This document shows, piece after piece, positions 27,861 to 30,327 of a DNA stretch of 30,327 bases; the stretch's first letter is position 1, and every line of letters starts with the position of its first letter. The stretch is taken from assembly GCA_041576165.1 (NCBI GenBank), contig JBFGLM010000053.1, positions 1-30,327 on the forward strand, given 5' to 3'. A model generated the notes under the pieces. That model made no database searches, was not told the DNA's origin, and saw nothing but the letters and a program-made list of their open reading frames with translations. The translations under genes and the position numbers were made by a program. The stretch is from Acidimicrobiia bacterium. Its GTDB lineage: Bacteria; Actinomycetota; Acidimicrobiia; Spongiisociales; Spongiisociaceae.

Positions 27861-29132
27861 GTGACCTTGGCGGAACACGCTGCGCGATTGGTTGACGACG
27901 CTCCCGGGTGGCTCAAAGAACCCCGGCGGGCCGGCGCCCAGCAGCTCGAAATCCAGGCCATGCCCTCGCCCAAGGACGAGGTTTGGCGCTATGTCGAGCT
28001 CGGCTTCGATCTGGCGAGCTATGCGCCTGCGGCCGAACCGGGGAGGCCGATGGCAGAGGGCCCGTATCTCGCCGCCTTGGCCGCGCGGGCGGGCTCGGCC
28101 ACCATGGTCGATGGATACGTCACCGAAGCCGACTCCGCCGGCGATGTGACCGTGGCCCCCGCCGAGTCGGATCGGGCCGGGGCGGTCCAAGCGCGCTGGG
28201 GATCGAGGCTGCACCCCACCCGGGATATCTTCACTGCCGCTCACGCCGCTTTCAGCCCCGGTGGAGTGGTGGTGCGCGCACCCAAGAATCTTTCGGCGAC
28301 CGATCCGATCGTTGTCGACAGCCAATCGGTCACTGCCGGTGCTTCCACCTTTCCACACATCACCGTGGTCTTGGAGCGCAATGCCGAGCTCTCGGTCGTG
28401 GTCGTGCACCGGTCGCCCGATGGCGTCGATCTGGTACAGGTGCCCCACGTGGAAGCGTTTGTGGAGGACGGATCCCGACTGCGGATCACGACCGTGCAGG
28501 TGCTGGGAGCAGGAGCGAGATCGGTCGGCACACAGGAGATCGTCGCGGAACGAGATGCAGGAGTGCGCCTCGGCGAGATCGGGCTGGGCGGGGATTACGC
28601 CCGGCTGCGCCTCGGTGTGCACCTGGCCGGCGCCGGCTCCAGCTTCAATGGGGCCGGGCTGTATTTCGGTGACGGCGACCAGGTCCACGACTACCGCGTC
28701 TTCATCACGCACAGCGGTCCACGGAGCACCTCGGACCTGTTTCTGAAAGGTGCCGTCGAGGACAACGCTCAGGCCGTGTGGACCGGCCTGGTTCGGATCG
28801 AGCACACTGCAGTGGGAACGTCGGCTTTCGAGACCAACCGGAACCTCGTGCTCTCGGAAGGCGCTCGGGTGAACAGTGTCCCGAACCTGGAGATCCTCAC
28901 CGACGACCTGCAGTGTGGGCACGGCTCCAGCTCGGGCCCGCTCGATGAGGAGCACCTGTACTACTTGATGAGCCGGGGCATGCGCCGAGACCGGGCCGAG
29001 CGCCTGCTCGTACGCGGGTTCTTCGAGGAGATCATCAGCCGCCTGCCCGAGAGCGATACGCTCGCCGGCCCCACCCGCACTGCCGTGTACGAGAAGTTCG
29101 TTGCCGCGCAAGAAGCAGGCCGAGTCCTATGA
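27861..29132 (+). CDS. sufD: Fe-S cluster assembly protein SufD
   Basis: P.PKDEVWRY, SDLFLKGAV, NRNLVLS, SVPNLEI.TDDLQCGHG and YYLMSRG; AGGAG RBS. Confidence 0.93.
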   Translation: MTLAEHAARLVDDAPGWLKEPRRAGAQQLEIQAMPSPKDEVWRYVELGFDLASYAPAAEPGRPMAEGPYLAALAARAGSATMVDGYVTEADSAGDVTVAPAESDRAGAVQARWGSRLHPTRDIFTAAHAAFSPGGVVVRAPKNLSATDPIVVDSQSVTAGASTFPHITVVLERNAELSVVVVHRSPDGVDLVQVPHVEAFVEDGSRLRITTVQVLGAGARSVGTQEIVAERDAGVRLGEIGLGGDYARLRLGVHLAGAGSSFNGAGLYFGDGDQVHDYRVFITHSGPRSTSDLFLKGAVEDNAQAVWTGLVRIEHTAVGTSAFETNRNLVLSEGARVNSVPNLEILTDDLQCGHGSSSGPLDEEHLYYLMSRGMRRDRAERLLVRGFFEEIISRLPESDTLAGPTRTAVYEKFVAAQEAGRVL

Positions 29133-29455
29133 GCGAGTGGATTCGGATCGCGGCGCTGCAGGAGTTGCCGTCTGGCCGGGGAGTACGCGTCGAAGCTCTC
29201 GGCCACCGAGTGGCGGTGTTCCGGATCAATGCCGACGTCTACGCGATCGGCGATCGCTGCTCCCACGCCGAGGCCTCTCTGGCCGAGGGGGAGCTGTTCG
29301 ATCAAGAGGTGGAGTGCCCCCGTCACGGATCAGAGTTCGATATCACCACCGGAAAGCCCCAGTCCTTGCCGGCCACCAAGCCGGTTCCCGTCTATGACAC
29401 GAAGGTTGAAGCGGGGGAGGTATTTCTGCGGCTGTCTGAGATGGAGGAAACGTGA
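29129..29455 (+). CDS. Rieske-type 2Fe-2S ferredoxin
   Basis: CSH...CPRHGSEFD Rieske motifs; ATGA overlap with the sufD stop. Confidence 0.93.
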   Translation: MSEWIRIAALQELPSGRGVRVEALGHRVAVFRINADVYAIGDRCSHAEASLAEGELFDQEVECPRHGSEFDITTGKPQSLPATKPVPVYDTKVEAGEVFLRLSEMEET

Positions 29456-30231
29456 GTGCGCCAGCCCTCAAGGTCGAGCGCCTCACGGCCTCGATCGGTG
29501 ATACGGAGATCCTCAAGGGAGTGGATCTCGAGGTTCCGTTCGGGGAGGTCCACGCCATCATGGGCCCTAACGGCTCCGGAAAGTCGACGTTCGCCCACGT
29601 CCTCACCGGAAGATCCGGCTTTGGCGTCTCGGGTTCGGCTGAGCTGGCGGGTCAGTCCCTCATGGAGCTCACCGTCGACGAGCGGGCCCGGGCCGGCTTC
29701 ATGCAGGCGTTCCAGTACCCGGTGGAGATCCCGGGGGTCGAGATGGCCAACTTCGTGCGCGAAGTCGGCGACGAGCATGGCATCGAAGCTGCCGAGCTGG
29801 AGGAGCGGATCGCAGCTGCCGCCGAGCGGTTCGACATGGAGCGCTTCCTCGACCGGGCGGTCAATGATGAGCTGTCCGGAGGCGAGAAGAAGCGCTCCGA
29901 GATCTTCCAAATGTCGGTGGTCAAGCCGAAGGTCGCGTTGCTGGACGAGATCGATTCGGGGCTGGATATCGACGCAGTGCGCGAGGTGGCCGCGGCGGTC
30001 GAGGACATGCGCGGGCCCGACGTCGGCGTGGTGATGATCACGCACTACAGCCGGATCCTGCGCTACGTCACCCCGGACCGGGTCCACATCATGCTCGACG
30101 GTCGCATTGTTTCCTCCGGCGGTCCTGAGCTAGCCGAGGAGCTCGAGTCGGCCGGTTACGAGGGCATTCGGGCGAGGCTGGGAATGGCGGACGCGTCCCA
30201 AGCCGCTGTGGCCACTCCCTTCGACGTCTGA
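29452..30231 (+). CDS. sufC: Fe-S cluster assembly ATPase SufC
   Basis: GPNGSGKST, AFQYPVEIPGV, LSGGEKKRSE, LDEIDSGLDIDA and ITHY; GTGA overlap. Confidence 0.96.
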   Translation: MSAPALKVERLTASIGDTEILKGVDLEVPFGEVHAIMGPNGSGKSTFAHVLTGRSGFGVSGSAELAGQSLMELTVDERARAGFMQAFQYPVEIPGVEMANFVREVGDEHGIEAAELEERIAAAAERFDMERFLDRAVNDELSGGEKKRSEIFQMSVVKPKVALLDEIDSGLDIDAVREVAAAVEDMRGPDVGVVMITHYSRILRYVTPDRVHIMLDGRIVSSGGPELAEELESAGYEGIRARLGMADASQAAVATPFDV

Positions 30232-30262
30232 GGCACTGGGCTCCAGGTCCGCCCCGGGGGCG

Positions 30263-30327
30263 TCAGTCCGAGCGCCCCGTCCACAACGTCGAAGCCAGCA
30301 CCGCGATGCCGATGCCGATGATCGCCA
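30263..30327 (-). CDS. 3' end of a membrane-protein gene entering from the right edge
   Basis: ...AIIGIGIAVLASTLWTGRSD*; hydrophobic, with the stop at 30263-30265. Confidence 0.5.
   Translation of the reverse strand, partial: AIIGIGIAVLASTLWTGRSD

Noticed and set aside
6229-30231. Clustering of Fe-S client genes (AcnX, gltBD, udgB, Rieske) around suf as one functional island
   Set aside because: They are in separate transcription units with unrelated genes between them; chance cannot be excluded without comparative data.
1-30327. CRISPR arrays, tRNA/rRNA genes, known riboswitches, inteins (for example in SufB)
   Set aside because: No regular repeat-spacer pattern or recognisable RNA-gene motif was found by eye, and SufB and GltB are of normal length. 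An Rfam scan was not possible.

Overview
High-GC chromosomal segment whose gene content and promoter style suggest an actinobacterium, possibly Acidimicrobiia-like (inference). Most genes are metabolic or housekeeping: DUF2237, a soluble-adenylyl-cyclase-like dual-cyclase/NTPase/TPR protein, a Cys-rich secreted protein, a split aconitase X pair, a class V PLP enzyme, an M23 peptidase, gltB-gltD, DUF389, sufB, a VOC protein, two GlsB-like membrane proteins, a group 2-like sigma-70, a DUF4015 lipoprotein, udgB and sufD-Rieske-sufC. The best candidate for an undescribed system is a tightly coupled three-gene operon at 9140-12142. It encodes an SPPY-type beta-class DNA methyltransferase fused to a degenerate PD-(D/E)XK-like domain, a 105-aa unknown protein, and a PD...SxK-type nuclease-like protein. 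Non-coding signals read directly from the sequence include a related palindrome upstream of both halves of the split suf locus, GlnR-type repeats and a hairpin-rich leader before gltB, a MerR-type 19-bp-spacer promoter, and a perfect DnaA box upstream of the sigma factor. Two frameshifted pseudogenes are not in the ORF track. I found no rRNA, tRNA, CRISPR array, transposase or integrase. All family assignments come from motif recognition, not database searches.
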